This document shows positions 28,869 through 37,759 of a DNA stretch of 64,000 nt, piece by piece. This DNA is from Escherichia phage HP3.2. The first letter of the stretch is position 1; every line of letters starts with the position of its first letter. The stretch lies in the sequence record OP978391.1; one strand, written 5' to 3'. Both the position numbers and the translations under genes were made by a program. A model generated the notes under the pieces. The model ran no database searches, had not been told where the DNA came from, and saw only the letters and a list, made by a program, of their open reading frames with translations.

Positions 28869-29077
28869 TTCGGTTTACCTTCTTTAACGAAATCTGGATA
28901 AGGATAAAATCCCGAATAAAATCCTTCACCTTTATGATTGATGCATCCTTTATTAGAACAATAGCACCAATAATCGAAATCACAAGCCATTTCATCGTTG
29001 CATAAAGCAAAAACAACTGGCCATTTACACTTTTCACAATGGGCATTTTTAAGAATACTAGTTTGGCTCATAACCAT
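28865..29077 (-). CDS. Cysteine-rich small protein (probable zinc binding)
   Basis: 70-aa ORF with CEKCKW...CNDEMACDFDYWCYCSNKGCINH. Confidence 0.45.
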   Translation of the reverse strand: MVMSQTSILKNAHCEKCKWPVVFALCNDEMACDFDYWCYCSNKGCINHKGEGFYSGFYPYPDFVKEGKPK

Positions 29078-29295
29078 GTAACCTTTAAGCAGTATTCTTC
29101 TACATGCTGTTTACGACCTTTCTTATCAATAAAGGTATATTCAACGAATGTTCCAATGTAGTCTTTATCTACATCATGCGGACTATTAATTGGACATTTA
29201 GTACGGCAAATGCGTTCCCATTGACGAATAATTACTGCCTTATTCTTTGGGTCATATGGATGTGGATAATGTATATTCATAATAACGGTTCCCAA
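29068..29295 (-). CDS. Hypothetical protein
   Basis: 75-aa ORF. Confidence 0.4.
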   Translation of the reverse strand: MGTVIMNIHYPHPYDPKNKAVIIRQWERICRTKCPINSPHDVDKDYIGTFVEYTFIDKKGRKQHVEEYCLKVTWL

Positions 29296-29744
29296 TCAAC
29301 AATCACAATTTCTAATTTAGAGGAATATGTATCTAAAATCCCCTCAATAATATCCCAGTTCCCTTTACCTATGCCTGCACCAATCCTAGGCATATAGATT
29401 GTAGGTTTAATCAGTTTATTTTCACCAAACTCATTTAATTCTAACATACAATTCATTAAAGCGGAATACTCAAAATTTGGCCCTGGTTGAAATTGAGTAT
29501 AAAGGTTGAAGCAATACGCTTTATGAGTCCTAAAGTATTTTTCATAGACTGAGTAAGAACCGAGTTTAGTTACATCACCCCATTCAGTCTGTAATTTATC
29601 AGCTTCCAAAATTTTAGGGAAAGCTTTGGTTAATTGACCCGCTACGCCTGAACCCATAGTATGAAAACAATTGCATCCATGCGCAATATTTTTACCTTCA
29701 GCGAAAAGGGCGACAATATCGCCCTTGATATATTTTACAATCAT
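29277..29744 (-). CDS. Macro-domain-like protein
   Basis: 155-aa ORF; KGDIVALFAEGKNIAHGCNCFHTMGSGVAGQL and PRIGAGIGKGNW resemble macro-domain phosphate-binding loops. Confidence 0.45.
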   Translation of the reverse strand: MIVKYIKGDIVALFAEGKNIAHGCNCFHTMGSGVAGQLTKAFPKILEADKLQTEWGDVTKLGSYSVYEKYFRTHKAYCFNLYTQFQPGPNFEYSALMNCMLELNEFGENKLIKPTIYMPRIGAGIGKGNWDIIEGILDTYSSKLEIVIVDWEPLL

Positions 29745-30082
29745 CTAGTACTCAATCCTCGATTATAAGAATCTACCAAACGGTCAACCATTGAATGACA
29801 AGCGGCTTTATCTTTCTCCTCCGCAACTGAACATTCTAAGGTATTCCACTTTTTAGCATATCGTTTTAATAATGTATCGTTTTTGTATCTGCTTGATTTA
29901 TCTCTTTCTCCGTCTTTATATGCATATATTAATTTCTGCGCAAATTCAGCTTGGCATGCTTTATTTTTCCCACAATAATCCGCGGCAGTACGGTTTACAT
30001 ACTCTCTAATTTCAGTATATGATGTATCTGCTAACGCAGAAAATGAAATTAATCCTATACATAAAACCAAAATTTTAGTCAT
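29741..30082 (-). CDS. vs: Secreted small protein, positional equivalent of T4 vs
   Basis: 113-aa ORF with signal peptide MTKILVLCIGLISFSALA; named by position between tk and regB. Confidence 0.5.
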   Translation of the reverse strand: MTKILVLCIGLISFSALADTSYTEIREYVNRTAADYCGKNKACQAEFAQKLIYAYKDGERDKSSRYKNDTLLKRYAKKWNTLECSVAEEKDKAACHSMVDRLVDSYNRGLSTR

Positions 30083-30620
30083 TTACTATTTCCAAAAGTT
30101 TATTATTTTTAAGGTAATTAGCCTTTTCTAGGACTTCAGAAGCATATTTAGAACCAGCTTTAACATTCCATCCCGAATTATAAGAGGATATTGCTTTTCT
30201 TATATCGCCCTTATGTATATTTAACCAATAAGAAAGTTCAATGTACGCCCAGGAAGCTGAATTGGACCGTTTATTCAACATTCTTTTTATTTCAGCATCG
30301 GTCATATTATAACCAAGTTCCTTGACTCTCGCTCGCATAGTAGGCAAATAATTTTGGAACATTCCATAGGCATGATGCTTTGGTTTAGATTTTAAATTAA
30401 CTCCGCCAGAGCTTTCTTGCCATAAAATAGCAGCCATTATATGACCTAATCCGCTCTTGTGGATATTTTTGTGTGTTTTATATTTTCCATCCTTAGAAAA
30501 TTGTTCCCCGAATTGATACGCGTAACGCATGTTATCGAGTTGGACATTACTGAAAGTATGCTCGGAGCTATGTGCCATCATTGAAATGGCCAATAGACCA
30601 GCGAGTAGTGCTTTTCTCAT
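30075..30620 (-). CDS. Secreted lytic-transglycosylase-like protein, positional equivalent of T4 vs.1
   Basis: 181-aa ORF with signal peptide and motif ILWQESSGG. Confidence 0.55.
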   Translation of the reverse strand: MRKALLAGLLAISMMAHSSEHTFSNVQLDNMRYAYQFGEQFSKDGKYKTHKNIHKSGLGHIMAAILWQESSGGVNLKSKPKHHAYGMFQNYLPTMRARVKELGYNMTDAEIKRMLNKRSNSASWAYIELSYWLNIHKGDIRKAISSYNSGWNVKAGSKYASEVLEKANYLKNNKLLEIVND

Positions 30621-30627
30621 GCTTACC

Positions 30628-31089
30628 TCATTGAGTTTTAATTACTGCTTTAGAAGCCTTTCCTGGTAAACGACGACTATTGATAATTGCCATCCTGCAT
30701 TGAAGCGACGGGTCTTTGAACTTCGCATTAGGTTTACAAACTGTAAATCCAAGCCAAAGATTTCCATCTGTGATTTCTAAACGTCCAGGACGGTATTCAA
30801 CCCCATCAATAAAATCCTCATCAATGTCAGGACGCGGAGGCATACTCAGGAATTCATTAACTTCTAAAACATGGTCTTTTATTTTGTGGAATAATTCAAA
30901 AACATATGTCTCATCAATCTCCCGTTGAATTGCACGATCAAGAAGATGCTGAGAATATTTTAGATGAAACGATGAGACCCCTGCTGCTTTTGATGCCTCA
31001 CGAATCTCATTGTTAATTTGACGAAACTCCGACTCAAAGTGACGACGAAGCTTATTTCGACGGATAAAAACTTCTGTGTTGATAGTCAT
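30628..31089 (-). CDS. regB: Endoribonuclease RegB
   Basis: 153-aa ORF MTINTEVFIRRNKLRRHFESEF... in the T4 regB position and size. Confidence 0.7.
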   Translation of the reverse strand: MTINTEVFIRRNKLRRHFESEFRQINNEIREASKAAGVSSFHLKYSQHLLDRAIQREIDETYVFELFHKIKDHVLEVNEFLSMPPRPDIDEDFIDGVEYRPGRLEITDGNLWLGFTVCKPNAKFKDPSLQCRMAIINSRRLPGKASKAVIKTQ

Positions 31090-31109
31090 GTTATTCTCCT
31101 CTTAACTGA

Positions 31110-31146
31110 TAGAAAAATTATACCACAGTCAAGAGGAAAAGTAAAC
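31110..31146 (-). promoter_or_regulatory. T4-type early promoter upstream of regB
   Basis: Minus strand reads GTTTAC, spacer, then GTGGTATAAT. Confidence 0.5.
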
Positions 31147-31148
31147 AG

Positions 31149-31469
31149 TTATTCTTTAAATCTAATCAATTTATTCATAGACTTTGAAACTTCGGCACGA
31201 ACCTCATGTAGATTTTTGAGCTGTTCAAGACGCTGCGTATAGTAAGCAATTTCATCTTCTTCGAGACAGTCCTGTGAATCTTCTTTAAGATACCGTGCAT
31301 AGTCCTGGAAAGCGTTACGGACTACTTCCTGGAAGTCATCAAGACTTTGAATTTTCTTAGGAGCAGCAGACACACGACGAGGGGCAGTATAATACTCATA
31401 ACCAAACCCTGCGCTTAATTGAGCCATTAGTATTTTTCCTCTGGTTGGAACACAGCACGACAAGCCCAC
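31149..31469 (-). CDS. Hypothetical protein, positional equivalent of T4 vs.3
   Basis: 106-aa ORF. Confidence 0.45.
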   Translation of the reverse strand: MGLSCCVPTRGKILMAQLSAGFGYEYYTAPRRVSAAPKKIQSLDDFQEVVRNAFQDYARYLKEDSQDCLEEDEIAYYTQRLEQLKNLHEVRAEVSKSMNKLIRFKE

Positions 31470-31729
31470 ATACTGGCTTCTTTGAGTTTCGTTTTAGCAA
31501 TAGCTAACTGATCGAGGCTTTCAGCATAATTCTTCGCGAGTTCAAAGTCTTCGCAATTATCTAGTGCTTCCCAGAATTCATCATATAAAGCATCAAAGAT
31601 AAGTCCTAAACGAACTTCAGCGTCTTTAATAGCATTTACTTTACCGATTTTTTCGTCGGTATGTGGCTTATAACCTTTAATATCTTCAATCATATTTGAC
31701 TTCCTCACCAGTACATAAATCGTATTCAA
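31427..31729 (-). CDS. Hypothetical protein, positional equivalent of T4 vs.4 (Acb2 candidate)
   Basis: 100-aa ORF; assignment by gene order only, sequence not verified. Confidence 0.4.
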   Translation of the reverse strand: MNTIYVLVRKSNMIEDIKGYKPHTDEKIGKVNAIKDAEVRLGLIFDALYDEFWEALDNCEDFELAKNYAESLDQLAIAKTKLKEASMWACRAVFQPEEKY

Positions 31730-31907
31730 CTAAACGAATAGGTTCATGAATGCCATATCCCTGAACAGAAATTTCTGTCGTAGGATAAATTCCACTAATA
31801 TCACCCATATTCCACGCTTCATTAAATTGCTGTTCGCCTGAATTACTAAACCATTCTGCGAAAGCATTTAACACATCTTTAGAACCTTCAATAATTATCT
31901 TTGCCAT
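31686..31907 (-). CDS. Hypothetical protein
   Basis: 73-aa ORF. Confidence 0.4.
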   Translation of the reverse strand: MAKIIIEGSKDVLNAFAEWFSNSGEQQFNEAWNMGDISGIYPTTEISVQGYGIHEPIRLVEYDLCTGEEVKYD

Positions 31908-32269
31908 TACAAGCTCTCAGTAAAGGTACGAGCGATAACGTCGCGCTGCTGTTCCGGAGTCAGAGAGTTAAAGCGAACTGCATAACCGGATACACGGATG
32001 GTCAGCTGCGGATATTTTTCCGGATGCTTAACTGCATCTTCCAGAGTTTCACGACGCAGAACGTTAACGTTCAGGTGTTGACCACCTTCAATTTTAACTG
32101 TAGGCTGTGGCTCAATTTCAATTTCACGGGCATGCAAACCGTAGAAAATTTCTGGGTCTACAAAAGAGTCCTCTTTAAAGGTTTTAGAAACAATAATTCG
32201 TGCTTGAATACCATCTTCAAAATAAATAGTACCTTTATGCGTGCCTTCAAGAATTTGATATGCTTTCAT
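31907..32269 (-). CDS. Glycyl-radical spare-part protein (GrcA/YfiD-like)
   Basis: 120-aa ORF ending ...[29 protein letters not shown], the glycyl-radical RVSGY motif. Confidence 0.7.
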   Translation of the reverse strand: MKAYQILEGTHKGTIYFEDGIQARIIVSKTFKEDSFVDPEIFYGLHAREIEIEPQPTVKIEGGQHLNVNVLRRETLEDAVKHPEKYPQLTIRVSGYAVRFNSLTPEQQRDVIARTFTESL

Positions 32270-32275
32270 ATAACC

Positions 32276-32656
32276 TCAATTAGAAAATAAATTTATCCAA
32301 GACTGTTCTTTAATTAAAAATGGCTCAGAATCATATGCCATTAAACTTTGGGTGATTAGTCCTTTAAAAGGTCCATCAATAAATTCCATGGTAAAATATG
32401 GAATTTTATTCATTAATCTTGCATTAGGAGCAGTACACAAAACTCTGCATCCTTTGAATACACCTTTTTGTAATTTGTATTGCTTAGGATAAAATTCGCT
32501 CAAGACGTTGTTATTTGCCAAAATTTCAAAATGATTCACCAATTTATTTTTAATAGTTTTTGGCGAAAAATAAAGATATTCGAAAAGCTGAGTGTCTGTC
32601 ATCATTGCATTCCGATTACGAAAAACTGTGGACGAGTAATACCACCAATGCAACAT
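32276..32656 (-). CDS. Hypothetical protein
   Basis: 126-aa ORF. Confidence 0.45.
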   Translation of the reverse strand: MLHWWYYSSTVFRNRNAMMTDTQLFEYLYFSPKTIKNKLVNHFEILANNNVLSEFYPKQYKLQKGVFKGCRVLCTAPNARLMNKIPYFTMEFIDGPFKGLITQSLMAYDSEPFLIKEQSWINLFSN

Positions 32657-33189
32657 TTAATATTACAGCAGCAGTGTACAGTGTCAATATGGACACTATA
32701 AATCTTATCCATATCAGGAGATTTGACAGGCTCATCAATTATATACAAAATTCGCGAAAGCGATAAACCTCTGAACTTGCTTCCTTTATTACCAATAAAA
32801 CTGCGCACAGAATCAGTAAATAAACGAAAACGTATATCATCATTAGAATAACGCGAAAATTCCTTTTTAATATTATCTGCGGAAATTTTAGCGTAAGCTG
32901 AAGTATTAGAAAGAACAATAACTGTTCCACCGTCATACAACCAATTAGCGGCAAAATTAGTTACTGCAGTTGATTTACCAGATTGACGCCCACCATCTAG
33001 TCGAAGTGTACAATACTGTTTAAGTAAGTCTTCAAATGGCGGGATATATTCGTTTTTACAAATTTCTTCTACTCTAGCATCAGAATGGTGTGTAAAAGCA
33101 TTCATCAGGGATAGATAAGGACCAGTTAAAAATGTTCTCATTTTGTTCTCTCTAGGTTTGGGCCATTCCATGGCGCATGAATTGTCCAT
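32602..33189 (-). CDS. Small P-loop NTPase-like protein
   Basis: Walker A GGRQSGKST and Walker B-like ILYIIDEP; start uncertain (M1 at 33189 or MRTF at 33141). Confidence 0.45.
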   Translation of the reverse strand: MDNSCAMEWPKPRENKMRTFLTGPYLSLMNAFTHHSDARVEEICKNEYIPPFEDLLKQYCTLRLDGGRQSGKSTAVTNFAANWLYDGGTVIVLSNTSAYAKISADNIKKEFSRYSNDDIRFRLFTDSVRSFIGNKGSKFRGLSLSRILYIIDEPVKSPDMDKIYSVHIDTVHCCCNIKCCIGGITRPQFFVIGMQ

Positions 33190-33286
33190 TTCTGTATTTA
33201 CCCATTACCGCACTTGGGCTCGACCTTATTACAGGTTGGCGGGAATCCCTCACAGAATCATGAGGTCCAGGTTATTCCCATGTTAT

Positions 33287-33703
33287 TTAAATGTAAATAT
33301 TTTTGCCGTAATACTTATACCAGTGTGGCTTCATTAAAATTTTTTCATCGAGTCGTTGTTGACTCAACTTAATAGCTGATTTGCATGGATTATAATCATT
33401 TTTCCATTCTACTGGAATATCGCTGATGTCAGGAACTTCAGTATCTTTTATACTGAACCCGCGTTTTAAGCATTCCGTTATAATGTCCGATTGACGCTTT
33501 CGCAAAAATTCTAACTTATCGTAAAAGAAAGTAACATGACCAGAACCTAAAATAAATTTAGAAGATATTTTAAAATCTTTAACGCGCTTACCGTTTGCCA
33601 CATGCTTACGAACTATACCAAAAACACGCGGCAATTCACGGTATTCTGCGATTAAATGTTGATCAGCAAGTTCAGATACTAAAGTCAAATTAATACGAGT
33701 CAT
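33287..33703 (-). CDS. denV: Endonuclease V (pyrimidine-dimer DNA glycosylase)
   Basis: 138-aa [32 protein letters not shown]...; matches T4 DenV from memory. Confidence 0.9.
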   Translation of the reverse strand: MTRINLTLVSELADQHLIAEYRELPRVFGIVRKHVANGKRVKDFKISSKFILGSGHVTFFYDKLEFLRKRQSDIITECLKRGFSIKDTEVPDISDIPVEWKNDYNPCKSAIKLSQQRLDEKILMKPHWYKYYGKNIYI

Positions 33704-33721
33704 TTTATCCCTCCAAGTAAC

Positions 33722-33758
33722 TGTGAATATACTATCACAATTCTAGGAGAAAGTAAAC
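33722..33758 (-). promoter_or_regulatory. T4-type early promoter upstream of denV
   Basis: Minus strand reads GTTTAC, spacer, then TGATAGTAT. Confidence 0.4.
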
Positions 33759-33762
33759 AACT

Positions 33763-34293
<531 letters not shown>

Positions 34294-34734
34294 TTAAAAG
34301 AGGCTGTTCATTATTCGGTAAAGTGAAGGACCCATCACATATTGCCACTGAGTACGAGGAATAAGAGCAAAAGCATCCATCTCTGGAATCATAACGCCAT
34401 CTTTATTTTCAAAATAAGACTCGCAATGGCAATTTCTAAACATCTCATGCTCTACTGGAATCGTATAATAAAATAACTGTAAGTCTTTATTACTAGAATA
34501 TTTAAATACACCTAGGTCTTCTAGAAGGTCTGGATTATAATTGCTAAAACCGGTCTCTTCTAAGCATTCTCTTTTTGCAGCTTCCAGTGCATTCAAATCA
34601 GAACTTTCTACACGTCCCTTTGGAATATCCCAGCGATGTGCCATCATTCCAGGCTTACGAGAACCAGTAACCCGACCCATAAATAAATCTTTATCTTCTG
34701 TCATGAAGATAATACCAGCTGATAATGTTTTCAT
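34294..34734 (-). CDS. nudE: Nudix hydrolase NudE
   Basis: Nudix box GRVESSDLNALEAAKRECLEETGF; start placed at MKTLSAGIIF to give an ATGA overlap (ORF track extends to 34749). Confidence 0.75.
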   Translation of the reverse strand: MKTLSAGIIFMTEDKDLFMGRVTGSRKPGMMAHRWDIPKGRVESSDLNALEAAKRECLEETGFSNYNPDLLEDLGVFKYSSNKDLQLFYYTIPVEHEMFRNCHCESYFENKDGVMIPEMDAFALIPRTQWQYVMGPSLYRIMNSLF

Positions 34735-35219
34735 TTTAATTTCCTGCATTCAGTGATAAAGTTATTTAAATTTTGAGCATATTTCTTTTCATCAAAAATC
34801 TTTTGTTGTCTGCGTAAACGCCATGGCATTTCAATGAACATACGCCATATTCCTGATAATACTGCTGCTGTAAAAATATTAACAAGTATAGTTAAAAGAA
34901 CCCAATCTCCTATTCTGTCCATTGGATTTTTTATAAAAAAGTAAAATACGAACGATGATATAGGAAGACTAATGATATACCACAGAAGAACCTTCTTATC
35001 TGTGAACCAATCAGCATTCGTTAACTTAGCGCGACCGTTTTGAATACATACGAACTTATCATCTGTTACAGTAAATGGCTTAGCTGCTTGATATCCCATT
35101 CTAAACTCCCTAATCAACAAATTTTTCATATCTTCGGAACAACCATTCCAGTCAACTCTATCAACTGAAATGCCATCATCCCCATCATCTAAATCATACC
35201 AGCGAGTTTTTAAAATCAT
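34731..35219 (-). CDS. Membrane protein in tandem array
   Basis: 162-aa ORF with C-terminal hydrophobic segments; ends NFITECRKLK. Confidence 0.5.
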   Translation of the reverse strand: MILKTRWYDLDDGDDGISVDRVDWNGCSEDMKNLLIREFRMGYQAAKPFTVTDDKFVCIQNGRAKLTNADWFTDKKVLLWYIISLPISSFVFYFFIKNPMDRIGDWVLLTILVNIFTAAVLSGIWRMFIEMPWRLRRQQKIFDEKKYAQNLNNFITECRKLK

Positions 35220-35578
35220 TTAATTTTCCTACAATCACTCACAAACTCTTTCATTGACTCATTTTCAATATAAGACATGTAGCTATTATATTCTTTTAAT
35301 TGTATTTTGTAATCTTTTTTTCTTTGCCAATTTATTTTAAAATTATCATAATGAAAATATAAAATGATACCAAAGAATGAAAACAATGAAATAATTTTAG
35401 TATAACAAAGCTCACTCCAAACTTCTGTTATATTTACTGTGCCGTCGATGTTTAAAATAAGACAGTCAATTAACAATCCAAAAAGACTACCTGCAAGAGC
35501 TGCAGCCAACGCCACAGCAAAAATTAAAAATGACTCAGAAAACGAATATTTGACTTTATTTAGTTTTGGCTTTTGCAT
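35216..35578 (-). CDS. Membrane protein in tandem array
   Basis: 120-aa ORF with two hydrophobic segments; ends KEFVSDCRKIK. Confidence 0.5.
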   Translation of the reverse strand: MQKPKLNKVKYSFSESFLIFAVALAAALAGSLFGLLIDCLILNIDGTVNITEVWSELCYTKIISLFSFFGIILYFHYDNFKINWQRKKDYKIQLKEYNSYMSYIENESMKEFVSDCRKIK

Positions 35579-35973
35579 CGTGATTCCTTAACAAATTTCA
35601 TAATTTCATCAAATTCATACGCAGCAAGTTTAAGCTGATGTTCCTTTTTAATCTTTTTACACTGTGCTTTCCAATCACGTACGCGTTTACGATAATGCCT
35701 TCCTTGATACCAGTATCCTACCCAATTTACGGGTACTAATAAAAGTGGAACTATTAATGGAAGAATTAGCATTAACACAAGTATTTCGCCAGAATCAATA
35801 TCAGTCATAACATCTAAAACACCTCCAATAATCAATAGAATTACAAATGATATGAGTATAACAGGACCTATTAACACATCAGTAGAAATTATCTGACGCT
35901 TTAATTCATACTTCAACGGTTTACTTGGAAGGTATAGTGATGGCTTTGACATATTCTCTACATTCCTTAACAA
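35560..35973 (-). CDS. Membrane protein in tandem array
   Basis: 137-aa ORF with two hydrophobic segments; ends MKFVKESRCKSQN. Confidence 0.5.
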   Translation of the reverse strand: MLRNVENMSKPSLYLPSKPLKYELKRQIISTDVLIGPVILISFVILLIIGGVLDVMTDIDSGEILVLMLILPLIVPLLLVPVNWVGYWYQGRHYRKRVRDWKAQCKKIKKEHQLKLAAYEFDEIMKFVKESRCKSQN

Positions 35974-36529
35974 ATTTTTCTAGTAATAAATCACTTTCAA
36001 AATTGGGATTTTCTACAAATTTATCAAAAAGATCATCAACAATAGTTAAGATATTCTTTTTACTAAGAATACGTTTATTTTCATGCTTCGTTTCAGAATC
36101 AACTATAAGAGTAAAGAAATATTTCTTGCCCTGAAATTTTACAGTAGTATCAATATAAAATAAATTTGACTTTTGTAAATTACGTTTAAACCATGCGTCA
36201 CTTAAACTATAAACACCGAGATAATCAAAATCGTCGTTTAAATAACAAACCGTCCATTCAGGAGAAATGAAATCAGTAAATTCAACATCAAAATCACACG
36301 TCAATGAATGAATTGATTCAATACTGTTAATGAGTATTCCAGGACGTATTAAAGACTTTTTACCTCTAGAAAATCTTCCGGAAAGGCTTTCATCAGTTTC
36401 ATATGAAGACCCCCAATAGTAATTACGTCCTTCTGCCATGCGTTTAAGAGCATTTAGTAATTGGTCTGGAACATCAACCTGTCTTTGAAACTCTTCAAAC
36501 ATTGAATTGAAATCACTTTGCATTTTCAT
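35921..36529 (-). CDS. Hypothetical protein in tandem array
   Basis: 202-aa ORF; ends EKFVKECREYVKAITIPSK. Confidence 0.5.
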   Translation of the reverse strand: MKMQSDFNSMFEEFQRQVDVPDQLLNALKRMAEGRNYYWGSSYETDESLSGRFSRGKKSLIRPGILINSIESIHSLTCDFDVEFTDFISPEWTVCYLNDDFDYLGVYSLSDAWFKRNLQKSNLFYIDTTVKFQGKKYFFTLIVDSETKHENKRILSKKNILTIVDDLFDKFVENPNFESDLLLEKFVKECREYVKAITIPSK

Positions 36530-36548
36530 TCCTATTTACTCCAAGTAA

Positions 36549-36568
36549 TAGGGGCCCGAAGCCCCTTA
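36549..36568 (-). terminator. GC-rich stem-loop (GGGGCTTCGGGCCCC)
   Basis: Hairpin directly after the stop of ORF 36572..37165. Confidence 0.45.
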
Positions 36569-36571
36569 TCA

Positions 36572-37165
36572 TTATTTCAGAGAATTAATATATTCCTGAA
36601 CATCGGCAGAGGTAGTTTCAACCCCAGAAATATTACCATTAAAGGTTTCAACTCGAGCAAGAGTATCTTCAATATCAACCTTAGTCAGTGCTGCAATTTC
36701 AACTACATCATCAGCAGTACTAATTCCAAGGGCATTCGCTGCACGAGTTTCACGGATATATTCCAATTTAACCGCAAGTTCTTGACGAGCATCATCTAAC
36801 TCAACTACTTTCTTGGCGATTTCAATTCGCATTTCAGCATAACCGTCAGCCTTAGTAGTCAACTGCTCAGCTGTTCGACGATATAGTAAACCGAGTTTAG
36901 CATGCATTGTTACATCTTGGCCTTCGGAAAGAAGTTTACGAATTTCACGCTCTTTTGATTCGGCCTGTCGATTCTTTTCGATAACAAGTTCACGAATACG
37001 TTTTTCTTCGTTAATAGATTTAACAGAAGCAGTTTTTAGATCTTTAATTTTATCAAGTAGTTTTGCTGCTGCAGCAGTATACTGTTCTTCGACAGATAGA
37101 TTTTTAGCCATAGCAGAACCAAGTTTAGTGCGAATAAACTCAACAATTTTCTTCAGTGTGTTCAT
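36572..37165 (-). CDS. PspA/IM30-like coiled-coil protein
   Basis: 197-aa heptad-rich ORF; segment [11 protein letters not shown] resembles PspA VDDTLARMK. Confidence 0.45.
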   Translation of the reverse strand: MNTLKKIVEFIRTKLGSAMAKNLSVEEQYTAAAAKLLDKIKDLKTASVKSINEEKRIRELVIEKNRQAESKEREIRKLLSEGQDVTMHAKLGLLYRRTAEQLTTKADGYAEMRIEIAKKVVELDDARQELAVKLEYIRETRAANALGISTADDVVEIAALTKVDIEDTLARVETFNGNISGVETTSADVQEYINSLK

Positions 37166-37266
37166 AGTATTTCCTTAGGTTAATTGAGATTTAAAATCCG
37201 TAGGAGTATAATACTCTATCGTCAAATTATAGGCTCATAATATCTCAATCATGAGCCTGCGTAAAC

Positions 37267-37530
37267 TTATTTCATATTATTGAAATATTCTTCTGCGATT
37301 TCGTCGTTATCATGGTAAACTTTAGAAGACAGTTTAACATAACCTTCTGCTGTGAACATATTAATCACAACTTTTACAGTATACCACTGACCGTCTTCAT
37401 TACCCATTACTGCGTAAGTTTCAAACATCGGATGATCAGGACCGATAACTTTAATATCATTCACTGTACGACCGAAATCTTCTGAAACGCATTTCATAAA
37501 GAAGTTGAACAGTTCGCCGTAATTATCCAT
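37267..37530 (-). CDS. Hypothetical protein
   Basis: Start taken at MDNYGELFNFF after GGAGAATGAA (the ORF-track N-terminal extension crosses a promoter). Confidence 0.45.
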   Translation of the reverse strand: MDNYGELFNFFMKCVSEDFGRTVNDIKVIGPDHPMFETYAVMGNEDGQWYTVKVVINMFTAEGYVKLSSKVYHDNDEIAEEYFNNMK

Positions 37531-37561
37531 TTCATTCTCCAAGTTGTTTTCTGTATCAGTA

Positions 37562-37603
37562 GTTGATAGTTGTATAGTACCATGGAAGAACAGAGATGTA
37601 AAC
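37562..37603 (-). promoter_or_regulatory. T4-type early promoter (conserved cassette)
   Basis: Minus strand reads GTTTAC, 18 nt, then GGTACTATACAACTATCAAC. Confidence 0.5.
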
Positions 37604-37725
37604 AGTTTTGTGAAAAAATTTTTAGGGAATTCTAGGGCAGGGATGGGCAATTAAAGGATAGGATAATATATTATAAAGGGTATAAACTAAATGATGCCTA
37701 GAGAGGTCCAGAAAGGCCTAGATAC

Positions 37726-37751
37726 CAAAAAGCCCTATCATTTAGATAGGG
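37726..37751 (-). terminator. Rho-independent terminator
   Basis: Minus strand reads CCCTATCTAAATGATAGGG followed by CTTTTT, after the stop of ORF 37760..38323. Confidence 0.55.
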
Positions 37752-37759
37752 ATTTAAAA

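Noticed and set aside
28861-29046. Minus-strand ORF 28861..29046 (61 aa) overlapping the Cys-rich ORF 28865..29077
   Set aside because: Alternative frame of the same DNA; the Cys-rich frame has ATGA coupling to its neighbours and a coherent zinc-binding pattern
33143-33337. Plus-strand ORF 33143..33337 (64 aa)
   Set aside because: It spans the intergenic leader and the 3' end of denV on the opposite strand; no Shine-Dalgarno and a composition unlike neighbouring genes
37531-37650. N-terminal extension of ORF 37267..37650 with the same FTKLFTS...GTIQLST peptide as the 23456 extension
   Set aside because: The shared peptide is just translation of the repeated early-promoter cassette, not a protein domain
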